Of a DNA stretch of 64,000 nucleotides, positions 37,442-46,409 are shown one piece after another. The notes below the pieces were generated by a model. The model saw only the letters and a program-made list of their open reading frames with translations, ran no database searches and was not told where the DNA came from. A program made the position numbers and the translations under genes. Every line of letters starts with the position of its first letter. The first letter of the stretch is position 1. This DNA is from Thermomicrobiales bacterium. Lineage in GTDB: Bacteria; Chloroflexota; Chloroflexia; Thermomicrobiales; UBA6265. The DNA lies in the NCBI GenBank assembly GCA_019637585.1, contig JAHBVL010000002.1:380023-444022 (forward strand). The letters are read 5' to 3'.

Positions 37442-38443
37442 TTAGCGAGTGCCGGCGGCGGCCAGCTCGATAACGCGACCAGCGGTCTCCGCTGTGACAA
37501 AACCAGGTCCGGTCATCAGCACGTCGTTGGCGATGGTGTTGAGATTCACCGCCAGGAGGGTGTGCAGGACGATCGGCAGGTAGCCCTGCAGGTACTGCTG
37601 CTGATCGATGGCGAAGAGCATGTCGCCCGCTTCGATGGCAGTGAGCACATCCGGCGAGAGGTCGAAGGTGGCCAGCTGAATGGTGCCCAGCGCTTCGAGT
37701 TCGGTCAGCGCTGCCAGAGCGGGCGCCGCACCGGTTGGTCCAAGCGTCAGAATGCCGTTGATCTCACCATTGCCCTCGACAGCGGCGGTGATCGTCTGCT
37801 GAGAAGCCGTTGGGTCGGCGAGATCGACCGGGATCGTCTCCACCGTCGCGCCGGCAGCGGTCATGGCGTCGGTAAAACCCTGGCAGCGCAGATCGAGCGC
37901 CACATTCCCGACTTCCTGGTTGACGCAGAGCGCGTTCGTGACGCCGGCTGCGGCCATGCGCTCGCCACCGCCGAAGCCCGCTTCGTATTCGGTCTGCCCG
38001 ACGTGCACGAGAATGCCCAGATCCTTGGCCACATCACTGCCGGAGTTCATCGAGATGACGGGAATCCCGGCTTCGATGGCAGCGGTGATCGACGATCCCA
38101 GGGCATCGGCATCCGGAATCGAAACGACGATGCCGTTGGGCCCGGCGGCGACCGCAGCATCGATCAGCTGGGCCATGGCCACCATATCGAAGGTGCCAGG
38201 AGCCTGGTACTGCACATCGACCCGCATATCGGTGCCGGCCTGATTCACGCCAGCCTGGACAACCGACCAGAAGGGGTCAGACGCCTGACCGTGGGAAACC
38301 ACGATGATGCTGACGTCGCGGCCCTCTTCCTGCGCCATCACGCTGGAGGCGAGTCCGCCGCCGGCCAGCATGGCGCTGGCGAATGCGCTCGACTTCAGCG
38401 CGGTGCGTCGATCGATACGAGTATTGGCAATGCGATCCTTCAT
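37442..38443 (-). CDS. sugar ABC transporter substrate-binding protein (RbsB-like), Tat/Sec signal
   Basis: '[22 protein letters not shown]' signal, followed by a type I periplasmic binding fold pattern. Confidence 0.85.
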   Translation of the reverse strand: MKDRIANTRIDRRTALKSSAFASAMLAGGGLASSVMAQEEGRDVSIIVVSHGQASDPFWSVVQAGVNQAGTDMRVDVQYQAPGTFDMVAMAQLIDAAVAAGPNGIVVSIPDADALGSSITAAIEAGIPVISMNSGSDVAKDLGILVHVGQTEYEAGFGGGERMAAAGVTNALCVNQEVGNVALDLRCQGFTDAMTAAGATVETIPVDLADPTASQQTITAAVEGNGEINGILTLGPTGAAPALAALTELEALGTIQLATFDLSPDVLTAIEAGDMLFAIDQQQYLQGYLPIVLHTLLAVNLNTIANDVLMTGPGFVTAETAGRVIELAAAGTR

Positions 38444-38796
38444 TGGAATGTTGCTCCTTTTCGGTAAGAGAACAGCAGGCTGGAGACGACTGTGTTTCCA
38501 GCGTCAGAGAAACCGAGATTGGTGCGGTTCTCCACCTCCTCTCCTTGTCCTTCTTCGCCTAAACGTTATCAGAACCGATCAGCTTTCGGCTACTGGCAGA
38601 AGGCATATCCATCTGGCGACCATCAGAAGTGACCGGAACGCGTTTTTTGGCCCATTCTCTGGCGAAGACTGTGGCCAACCTAGCAACATGCACGATTGGT
38701 GTCAACTGATTCTGTCGCCAACGCACGGGGAATCATGCCGCAGAGTACCATTTCCATTGTGAGAGATTGGGCCGCCAACCGCAGGACAACACGAGC

Positions 38797-39690
38797 ATGA
38801 CCACTACCCTATCGATGCCGGCTCCGGGACCACAGGGACTCGATATCGCAACCCTGGAACGATTGAGCGCGCAGGCCCGGCGGCATGTGCTGGAATCGGT
38901 CTTCACCGCCGGGGCGGGACATATCGGTGGCCCGTTGTCAGCTACGGACATCCTGGTCCATCTCTACTTCAACGAACTGAACATCGATCCGGCCAATCCT
39001 CGCTGGGAAGATCGCGACCGTTTCATTCTGAGCAAGGGACATTCGTCGATCGGACTCTACAGCGTGATGGCCATGCGGGGATATTTCCCGGTGAGCCAGC
39101 TGGCCACCTTCGACGCTGTCGATTCCCTGCTGCAGGGTCACCCCTGCATGAAAACATTGCCAGGTATCGATATGTCAACCGGATCACTGGGGCAGGGACT
39201 GTCACCGGGACTCGGTATGGCGCTGGCCGCCCGAAAGCTGGACAAGACGTTTCACACCTGGGTCATGCTTGGAGATGGCGAGATCCAGGAAGGACAAATC
39301 TGGGAAGCCTGCTTTGTGGCCGGGCGTTACGACGTCGACAACCTCACCGCCATTCTCGACTACAACGGTCTCCCCCAGTTCGGCTGGCCCGATCCCAATG
39401 GATACACCCGCGAGGAGAAGTACGACCGTCCGGCCGAGAAGTTCCGGGCGTTCGGCTGGCACACGGTCGAGTGCGACGGCCACGACCATGCGTCGATTGC
39501 CGCGGCGATCGCAGCGGCGAAGTCGACGAAAGGCAGACCGACCTGCATCATCGCCCATACCATCAAGGGGAAAGGTGTGTCGTTCATGGAGGGCGACTTC
39601 AACTGGCATGCCAAATCGCCAACCACAGACGAGCTCGCCGCGGCGATCGATGAGTTGACCGGCGATGACGACGTCGAGAAGGCGGCCTGA
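38797..39690 (+). CDS. transketolase, N-terminal (ThDP pyrophosphate-binding) subunit
   Basis: 'AGAGHIGGPLSATDILVHLYF', 'DRFILSKGHSS', 'GSLGQGLS', 'VMLGDGEIQEGQIWEA'. Confidence 0.85.
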   Translation: MTTTLSMPAPGPQGLDIATLERLSAQARRHVLESVFTAGAGHIGGPLSATDILVHLYFNELNIDPANPRWEDRDRFILSKGHSSIGLYSVMAMRGYFPVSQLATFDAVDSLLQGHPCMKTLPGIDMSTGSLGQGLSPGLGMALAARKLDKTFHTWVMLGDGEIQEGQIWEACFVAGRYDVDNLTAILDYNGLPQFGWPDPNGYTREEKYDRPAEKFRAFGWHTVECDGHDHASIAAAIAAAKSTKGRPTCIIAHTIKGKGVSFMEGDFNWHAKSPTTDELAAAIDELTGDDDVEKAA

Positions 39691-39691
39691 C

Positions 39692-40654
39692 ATGATCGAA
39701 CTCCTCGACTTGACGCTCGCGAATGCGCCAACCGAAGCGCCGCGCGATGCCTGGGGAAACGCGCTCTGCGATCTGGGCGATCGACATACCAACCTCGTCG
39801 TTCTGGACGGCGATCTGGCCAATTCGACCAAAGCAGACACCTTCGCCAAATGCCATCCGGACCGTTTCTATGAAATGGGCATCGCCGAGCAGAACCTGAT
39901 CGGCGTCGCGGCCGGTATGGCCTCCTGCGGATTCGTTCCCTGGGTCAGCACCTTCGCCGCTTTCCTGGCCAAACGAGCGCTCGACCAGATCCGGGTGGTG
40001 GTGGCACAACCCGGTCTGAATGTGAAACTCTGCGGCGGATATACCGGAATCCTCACGGGCAAAACCGGAAAAACGCATCAATCGGTCGAGGACATCGCCG
40101 TGTTTCGGGCCATGCCGGGTGTGGTCACCATCGCTCCTGCCGACGGGAATGAGCTCCGTGCCGCCATGACCGCGATGATGGCGGACGAGCGCCCCACCTA
40201 CCTCCGCCTGACCCGCGATCCGAGTCCAGTGGTCTTTCCCAGCGATTACGCATTCACGATCGGGGAGAGCGTCCTGTTGCGAAACGGCAGCGACATCGGG
40301 TTGATCAGCACCGGAGTGCAGACGATCAGGACACTCGAAGCTGCCGACCTGCTGGCCGCGGAGGGAATCCAGGCAGCGGTCCTCCACGTGCCGACTCTGA
40401 AACCGCTCGATATCGAGGGAATTCTCGCGATCGCCGAGCGAACCAACGCCATCATAACGGCCGAGGACCACTCCATCATCGGTGGTCTGGGCAGCGCTGT
40501 TGCCGAAGTGCTGGCCGAACACCGGCCAACCCGAATGCGTCGGGTCGGCTGGCAGGATACATTCGGCGAATCGGGGCCGAATGACGCGCTGCTGAAGAAA
40601 TATGGACTCACGGCTGGTCACGTTTGTGATGCGGCCCGGGCGATGCTGAATTGA
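39692..40654 (+). CDS. transketolase, C-terminal (pyrimidine-binding) subunit
   Basis: 'RFYEMGIAEQNLIGVAAGMA', 'STFAAFL'. ATG lies 2 nt after the upstream stop. Confidence 0.85.
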   Translation: MIELLDLTLANAPTEAPRDAWGNALCDLGDRHTNLVVLDGDLANSTKADTFAKCHPDRFYEMGIAEQNLIGVAAGMASCGFVPWVSTFAAFLAKRALDQIRVVVAQPGLNVKLCGGYTGILTGKTGKTHQSVEDIAVFRAMPGVVTIAPADGNELRAAMTAMMADERPTYLRLTRDPSPVVFPSDYAFTIGESVLLRNGSDIGLISTGVQTIRTLEAADLLAAEGIQAAVLHVPTLKPLDIEGILAIAERTNAIITAEDHSIIGGLGSAVAEVLAEHRPTRMRRVGWQDTFGESGPNDALLKKYGLTAGHVCDAARAMLN

Positions 40655-40670
40655 CCGCGAGGAGAGCCAC

Positions 40671-41684
40671 GTGACCGTTGATCGTGTTTCCGTTGCCCTC
40701 TTTGGCGCTGGGCGGATTGGCAAACGCCACGGCCGAACCCTGGCGTTCGACATTCCGGCGGCGGAGCTGAGCATCGTCTGCGATGTCGACGAAACCGCGG
40801 CTCGCCAGCTGGCAGCCGATCTTCGTTGCGATCGCTGGACGACCGATCCAGCGGACGTCTTCTCCGACCCGTCCATCGACGCCGTCGTCATCGGCACCTC
40901 GACGAACGCCCACGCGTCGCTGATCGCGGCGGCGGCCAGCGCCGGCAAGCATGCCTTCTGTGAAAAACCGGTGGCGCTCGATCTCGAGTCGACCGACACG
41001 GCGCTCGATGCGGTGACCAAGGCCGGCACGATACTGCAGATCGGGTTTCAGCGCCGTTTCGACAAGGGATTCGCCAAAGCGAAGCAGATGATCGACTCCG
41101 GCGCGATCGGCAAGGTGGAGTCGATTCGCGAATCGATGCGAGATCCCGGCCCGCCCCCTCCCGGCTATCTGCCGACCTCCGGCGGTCTCTACCGGGATAT
41201 GACCATCCACTGCTTCGACTGTCTCCGCTGGCTGGCGGGCGAAGAGGTGGCAGAGGTCTTCGCCATGGGCTCCAATCTGGTCGATCCCATCTTCGGCGAG
41301 CTGGGAGATATCGACACCAGCGTCGTCTCGATGCGGTTCGAGAGCGGCGCTCTGGGCGTGATCGACAATAGCCGCCGGTCCGCGTTCGGTTACGACGTCC
41401 GGGCCGAGGTGTTCGGTTCCGAAGGGGCGATCATGATCGGCTATTCGCGAGACACCCCCTTGTTGCATCTCTCCCCATCCGGTGTCTCCAGCGACCACGT
41501 CTACTGGTTTCTCGAACGGTTCGACGACGCCTTCGTCGCCGAGATGCACGCCTTCATTCGAAGCGTTCAGAGCGGCGCGCCGCCGCTGGTGACCGGGGCG
41601 GATGGACGTGCGGCCATGGCCCTTGCCTACGCCGCTGAAGCGTCGCTGAAGTCGCGCACGCCAATCTCGCCAGCCAACTTCTGA
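40671..41684 (+). CDS. iolG: Gfo/Idh/MocA oxidoreductase, inositol 2-dehydrogenase-like
   Basis: 'VALFGAGRIGKRH' Rossmann motif, 'EKP' motif 'AFCEKPVAL'. Context next to iolB and iolD. Confidence 0.7.
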   Translation: MTVDRVSVALFGAGRIGKRHGRTLAFDIPAAELSIVCDVDETAARQLAADLRCDRWTTDPADVFSDPSIDAVVIGTSTNAHASLIAAAASAGKHAFCEKPVALDLESTDTALDAVTKAGTILQIGFQRRFDKGFAKAKQMIDSGAIGKVESIRESMRDPGPPPPGYLPTSGGLYRDMTIHCFDCLRWLAGEEVAEVFAMGSNLVDPIFGELGDIDTSVVSMRFESGALGVIDNSRRSAFGYDVRAEVFGSEGAIMIGYSRDTPLLHLSPSGVSSDHVYWFLERFDDAFVAEMHAFIRSVQSGAPPLVTGADGRAAMALAYAAEASLKSRTPISPANF

Positions 41685-41696
41685 GGTGAATTGATC

Positions 41697-42596
41697 ATGG
41701 AACATCCCGACAGACTGCTCGTTCACTCGGCTGACGTGGAAGGGAACGGCATCGCGCTCGATATCTCAGTCGAGAGCGCCGGTTGGGAATATTGCGGCCT
41801 GACCGTCTGGACGCTCGAACCGCGAGGTTCGCTCGACGCCCAAACCGGCGCGGACGAAGTCTGCATTGTGCTGCTTGGCGGCGACTGCGTTGTCAGCGCC
41901 GGGGGACAGGAGTTCCGGCTCGACAGCCGGCCATCGATCTTCGCCGGAAAACCGGCTTCGGTGTACGTGCCCATCGATTCCAGCTATCAGGTCGTCGCTA
42001 GCGAAGTGACGCAGGTAGCCGTCTGCAAGTCCCGAGCGACTCGCTCCTTCCCGGTCCGCTACATCGGCCCCGAGGATGTACCGGTCGAGATCCGCGGCGC
42101 CGGGAATGCCGCCCGGCAGATCAACCACATCATCAAACCCGATTTCCCGGCCGATACGCTACTGGTCGTCGAGGTCTTCACCCCGAGCGGCAACTGGTCG
42201 AGCTATCCACCCCACAAGCATGACGTCAGCCGCATGCCGGCCGAAGCCGATCTGGAGGAGATCTACTACTACCGCATCGAACCAGCCGACGGGTTTGCCT
42301 TTCAACGGCTCTACACCGCCGACGGACCGGTCGATCAGCCCTACATCATTCACGACGGCGACGCGCTGATCATGCCCGAGGGGTACCACGCCTATGCCGT
42401 GGCCCATGGGTACACTGGCTACTACCTGAACATTCTGGCCGGGAATGAACCGGTCCGAACCATGCAGCCCTTCGACGACCCAACCTATGGGTGGGTGCGA
42501 GGCACATGGAGCGACAGCATGAACGAGGGACTCTCCAGCTGGCAGGACATCGACAACAGAATCAATGGCGCCGCCGGCAAGAAACCGGTCCAGTAA
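41697..42596 (+). CDS. iolB: 5-deoxy-glucuronate isomerase
   Basis: 'SYPPHKHD...EEIYYYR...MPEGYHAYAVAHGYTGYYLNILAG' IolB/KduI-cupin signature. Confidence 0.85.
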   Translation: MEHPDRLLVHSADVEGNGIALDISVESAGWEYCGLTVWTLEPRGSLDAQTGADEVCIVLLGGDCVVSAGGQEFRLDSRPSIFAGKPASVYVPIDSSYQVVASEVTQVAVCKSRATRSFPVRYIGPEDVPVEIRGAGNAARQINHIIKPDFPADTLLVVEVFTPSGNWSSYPPHKHDVSRMPAEADLEEIYYYRIEPADGFAFQRLYTADGPVDQPYIIHDGDALIMPEGYHAYAVAHGYTGYYLNILAGNEPVRTMQPFDDPTYGWVRGTWSDSMNEGLSSWQDIDNRINGAAGKKPVQ

Positions 42597-42622
42597 ACAC
42601 CCCATCGACGGGAGGACGACTG

Positions 42623-44494
42623 ATGGCAACGCGACGACTAACCATGGCCCAGGCCATCGTGACCTTTCTCCAGAATCAATATGTCGAGCGGGATGGCGTC
42701 GAGCAACGCCTCTTTGCCGGGATGCTCGGCATCTTCGGCCACGGCAACGTCTCTGGTATGGGTCAGGCGCTCGAAGAGCTTGGCGACGATCTGCCATTCG
42801 TCCGGCCCCAGAACGAGCAGGCGATGGTCCACTCGGCGATCGCCTACGCCCGGATGAAAAACCGGCTCCAGATGTATGCCTGCACCTCCTCGGTTGGGCC
42901 TGGTGCCACGAACATGATCACCGGCGCGGCCACTGCGACGGTCAACCGCCTGCCGGTCCTGCTCCTGCCGGGAGACACCTTTGCCAGCCGGCTTCCCCAC
43001 CCGGTGCTCCAGCAGCTGGAATATGTGCTGGGGCAGGATGTCTCGGTCAACGACTGCTTCCGGCCCGTCTCCAAATACTGGGACCGGATCAACCGTCCGG
43101 AACAGCTCCTCTCCGCTCTTCCCGAAGCCGTACGCGTGCTGACCGACCAGGCAGAGACCGGCGCCGTGACCATTGCCATGCCGGAAGACGTGCAAACCGA
43201 GGCCTACGACTACCCGGAATCGTTCGTCGAGAAGCAGGTGCGGCGGATCGTCCGCGGCATCGCTTCGGCCAGTGAAATCCAGCGCCTAGCCGATCTCCTT
43301 GCCGAATCGAAGCGGCCACTCATCGTCGCCGGCGGGGGCGTGATCTATAGCGAAGCATCGGAAACGCTGAGTCTCTTCGCCGAACGCTTCGGCATCCCGG
43401 TGGTGAATAGTCAGGCCGGTTCGGGGGCGATCCCATGGTCACATCAGTGGAACGCTGGTGCGGTTGGATCGAATGGCGCGCTGGCTGCAAATCGCCTGGC
43501 GGCATCAGCCGATCTGGTGCTGGCCATCGGCACCCGGTTTTCCGATTTCACGACCGCTTCGCACGCCGCGTTCCAGAATCCGGATGTGACATTCGCCTCG
43601 ATCAACGTCTGCGCCATGGACGCGCACAAGCTCGGTAGCTTCCCGGTGATCGCCGATGCGCGAGCCGGAATCGAACAGCTCAGCGAGGTCCTCGCGGCGC
43701 GCAACTATGCGTCTGCCGCCGCTTACGGCGACGAAGTGGAGCAGCTGAAAGCCGAATGGGATGCCATCACCACCGAAATCCGCACCCCGGTCGCCGGTGA
43801 AACGCTGAAACAGGGTCAGGCGATCGGCATCGTCAACGAAGCCTCGGAACCGACAGACGTCGTCGTTTGCGCGGCTGGCGGCATGCCGGGTGATCTCCTC
43901 AAACTCTGGCGCCCACTCGATCCCAAGGCGTACCACGTCGAGTATGGCTACTCCTGCATGGGCTACGAGATTGCCGGGGCGTTGGGCGTGAAAATGGCCG
44001 ATCCGAGCCGGGAAGTCTTCGTCATGGTTGGCGATGGCAGCTACCTGATGATGCATACCGAAATCGTCACATCGTTGCAGGAGGACCGGAAACTCATCGT
44101 CGTCGTCGTGGACAACAGCGGGTTCCAGTGCATTCGCGGGTTGCAGGAATCGACCGGCTCTCCGTCGTTCGGCAACGAGCTTCGCTATCGCTCAGACGCG
44201 ACCGGCAGGCTCGACGGCGACTACATCCCCATCGATTTCGCCGCCAATGCCGAGAGCTACGGCGCCATCGCCTATACCGCAGCCAACGCCGAGGAGCTAC
44301 GCGCCGCGCTCCAGTCGGCGCGATCGAACAACCGCACATCGGTCATCCATGTCTATGTCGACAAACGGATCACCGTGCCCGGCTTCGAGAGTTGGTGGGA
44401 CGTTCCCGTGGCGGAAGTCAGCGACCGACCGGGGGTACAAAAAGCGCTCGCCGACTACGAGAAAAACCGGGAGGAACAGCGCTACTTCGGTTGA
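42623..44494 (+). CDS. iolD: 3D-(3,5/4)-trihydroxycyclohexane-1,2-dione acylhydrolase (ThDP enzyme)
   Basis: 'RLTMAQAIVTFLQNQYVERDG...FAGMLGIFGHGNV' and 'GYSCMGYEIAGALG...VMVGDGSYLM'. Start at M45 of the ORF. Confidence 0.9.
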   Translation: MATRRLTMAQAIVTFLQNQYVERDGVEQRLFAGMLGIFGHGNVSGMGQALEELGDDLPFVRPQNEQAMVHSAIAYARMKNRLQMYACTSSVGPGATNMITGAATATVNRLPVLLLPGDTFASRLPHPVLQQLEYVLGQDVSVNDCFRPVSKYWDRINRPEQLLSALPEAVRVLTDQAETGAVTIAMPEDVQTEAYDYPESFVEKQVRRIVRGIASASEIQRLADLLAESKRPLIVAGGGVIYSEASETLSLFAERFGIPVVNSQAGSGAIPWSHQWNAGAVGSNGALAANRLAASADLVLAIGTRFSDFTTASHAAFQNPDVTFASINVCAMDAHKLGSFPVIADARAGIEQLSEVLAARNYASAAAYGDEVEQLKAEWDAITTEIRTPVAGETLKQGQAIGIVNEASEPTDVVVCAAGGMPGDLLKLWRPLDPKAYHVEYGYSCMGYEIAGALGVKMADPSREVFVMVGDGSYLMMHTEIVTSLQEDRKLIVVVVDNSGFQCIRGLQESTGSPSFGNELRYRSDATGRLDGDYIPIDFAANAESYGAIAYTAANAEELRAALQSARSNNRTSVIHVYVDKRITVPGFESWWDVPVAEVSDRPGVQKALADYEKNREEQRYFG

Positions 44495-44531
44495 CACCCA
44501 AGTCGTCGTCGCGCTAAAATGCCAGCCGCTT

Positions 44532-44608
44532 GGAGGCGTGGTGTAGTGGCCTAACATGCAGCCCTGTCAAGGCTGAGATCGCGGGTTCGAATCCCGTCGC
44601 TTCCGCCA
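44532..44608 (+). tRNA. tRNA-Asp (anticodon GTC), CCA encoded
   Basis: Acceptor ggaggcg/cgcttcc, anticodon stem cagcc/ggctg, loop ctGTCaa, T-arm gcgggttcgaatcccgt. Confidence 0.9.
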
Positions 44609-44753
44609 AATCGGCACGAGATTGAGCACACACACTACTCGAATTTGTGAGAATGAGAATATCTCTGGATGTTTCACCGTAGCACGAATGCTGCGGTGAT
44701 TTTCGTTTCGCGAAACCCGGCAAGTGTCGGCGTGATGCGTTCGTTCGCGAGAG

Positions 44754-46394
44754 GTGCGCCCAATGGCCATGGAAAACGAGCCCGCTTTGACCGCGAATGA
44801 TCGCGAGCAGTTGATCAGGCGACTCTTCGAAGTCCAGCTCGGGCGCTGTTTCATATGCGAAGAACCCATCGACCTGGATCTGCATGCCGGAAAACTGGAC
44901 GTGGACCATGTGCAACCCAAGAGTGGCCCGGATGGCAAGGACGATCCAGCCAATTTCGCCCTGACGCATAGCTCGTGCAATCGAAGCAAGCTGGCGAGTG
45001 ATCTGAGAGTTGCCAGAGTGCTGGCAAGATTCGAGCGTATTGGACGAGATGCTCGCAGTCAGGGCCGGGAAGCCCCCAATCTTGGGGACGTACTATCGGC
45101 GTTTGGAGGAGCACGATATGACTTGCCGATTTCGCTCTCAAGCGACGGTCGGGTCAGGTACAGCTTCAAGCATCTTGCAGGCACCGCGGGTATTAAGATT
45201 CAGGAGTCTAATCTCCACCAAGATCAACTTGCGCAAATGGACTACTTCTTCGCTGTCTTGCCACTTGAGTACATCCATCATGACTCAAAAGTGAATCCGC
45301 GTGGAATTGGGAAGAGTCTCCGAGGTTTGGTTGAAGAGTTCTACAAGGGAAACCCTCAGCTGCATGTGGCGCTGGGCTGGGTGCCGATGGAGGCCGATGG
45401 TGACGGGCGAGTCATGCTGTTTGACGGCCAACACAAGGCCGCTGCCCAGATTCTTTTGGGCCAGCGGACGTTGCCTGTGCGTGTGTTCGTCGATCCCGAT
45501 ATTGATCGTCTGATCGAAACAAACACAAATGCCGGCAGTACCCTTCGGCAAGTCGCGTTTGACAAGTCAATTCTGCGGCACCTCGGAAGCGAGCTGTACG
45601 CCGACCGCGTAAGGAAGTACCAACACGCCCACCACTTGTCCTCCGATGACGAGTCCTTCTCCGAAACAGATCTTGTCAAGCACTTCGCCGGAGAGGCCAG
45701 AGCAGTCCGTCGATACGTAGTAGATGCTGTGAGAGACCAGATCACACAGCACCCCGAGAACCGTCTTCGGTCATACATCGAGTTCTCGGGCAAGGGCACG
45801 GAGAAACCGATTTCGTACAGCACGATCGACAAGACATTCTTCTCACTTCTTGTTGGACAGGACATGTTGAGCACCCCGATCGGCCAGGGAACCGAGACAG
45901 GCGAGAATCCACGTGTACTGGAAGTGGAACAGATCGTCAGGCTGATGAACCTGGTTGCAGAGTCAATCTTTGAGGGCCAGTACGATTTTGAGATTGGGAC
46001 GTACCAACTGGAGGCGAAAGTCCAGAAGGGGGAAGATGTGCCAGAGAGCCACCTTCGCGCCTTCAGGATGGGAAAAGAAGAGGTCATGGCCGCTTGGCTG
46101 AAGTACGTTCAGAGAGTGATTGACCAATACTATCTGTTCAACGGTCTCTCCCTCCCATCACGGCGTGTTTTCCAGGTCAATCACCCCGAGCTGCTGTGGG
46201 AAAGACTGCGCGTCTTTCTGCACAATCTGGCGGGCCTGTCTCTCTGGACCAATCGCGAGCTTTCATTGCTGGCATTTGGCGGCAAACAGCCGGCGGGCTT
46301 CTGGGACACAGTGTTCGAAACTGGCAGGAATCCACAGGGTGCCCAGGTACTGCCTGAACCCCTGAACATCAACGCTCTCCTGGCACCCGCATGA
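44754..46394 (+). CDS. HNH endonuclease domain fused to a DGQHR (DndB/ParB-like) domain; orphan
   Basis: N-terminus 'CFICEEPIDLDLHAGKLDVDHVQPKSGPDGKDDPANFALTHSSCNRSK'. Centre 'GRVMLFDGQHKAAAQILLG...IETNTNAGSTLRQVAFDKS'. The likely start is ATG 44763, with RBS-like gagagg about 9 nt upstream. Lower GC than the flanks. Confidence 0.7.
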   Translation: MRPMAMENEPALTANDREQLIRRLFEVQLGRCFICEEPIDLDLHAGKLDVDHVQPKSGPDGKDDPANFALTHSSCNRSKLASDLRVARVLARFERIGRDARSQGREAPNLGDVLSAFGGARYDLPISLSSDGRVRYSFKHLAGTAGIKIQESNLHQDQLAQMDYFFAVLPLEYIHHDSKVNPRGIGKSLRGLVEEFYKGNPQLHVALGWVPMEADGDGRVMLFDGQHKAAAQILLGQRTLPVRVFVDPDIDRLIETNTNAGSTLRQVAFDKSILRHLGSELYADRVRKYQHAHHLSSDDESFSETDLVKHFAGEARAVRRYVVDAVRDQITQHPENRLRSYIEFSGKGTEKPISYSTIDKTFFSLLVGQDMLSTPIGQGTETGENPRVLEVEQIVRLMNLVAESIFEGQYDFEIGTYQLEAKVQKGEDVPESHLRAFRMGKEEVMAAWLKYVQRVIDQYYLFNGLSLPSRRVFQVNHPELLWERLRVFLHNLAGLSLWTNRELSLLAFGGKQPAGFWDTVFETGRNPQGAQVLPEPLNINALLAPA

Positions 46395-46409
46395 CCCATC
46401 GATCGACAT

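Noticed and set aside
38480-38501. Imperfect inverted repeat ctggagac...gtttccag in the divergent transporter/iol spacer, considered as an operator
   Set aside because: Only 5 perfect bp per arm, a single occurrence, and no regulator gene nearby to link it to.
44686-44695. 10-nt identity (atgctgcggt) between the HNH-gene upstream spacer and the inverse of the 3' end of repeat copy B
   Set aside because: It is too short and does not extend convincingly (about 12/18 beyond it). Treated as chance unless genome-wide searches show otherwise.
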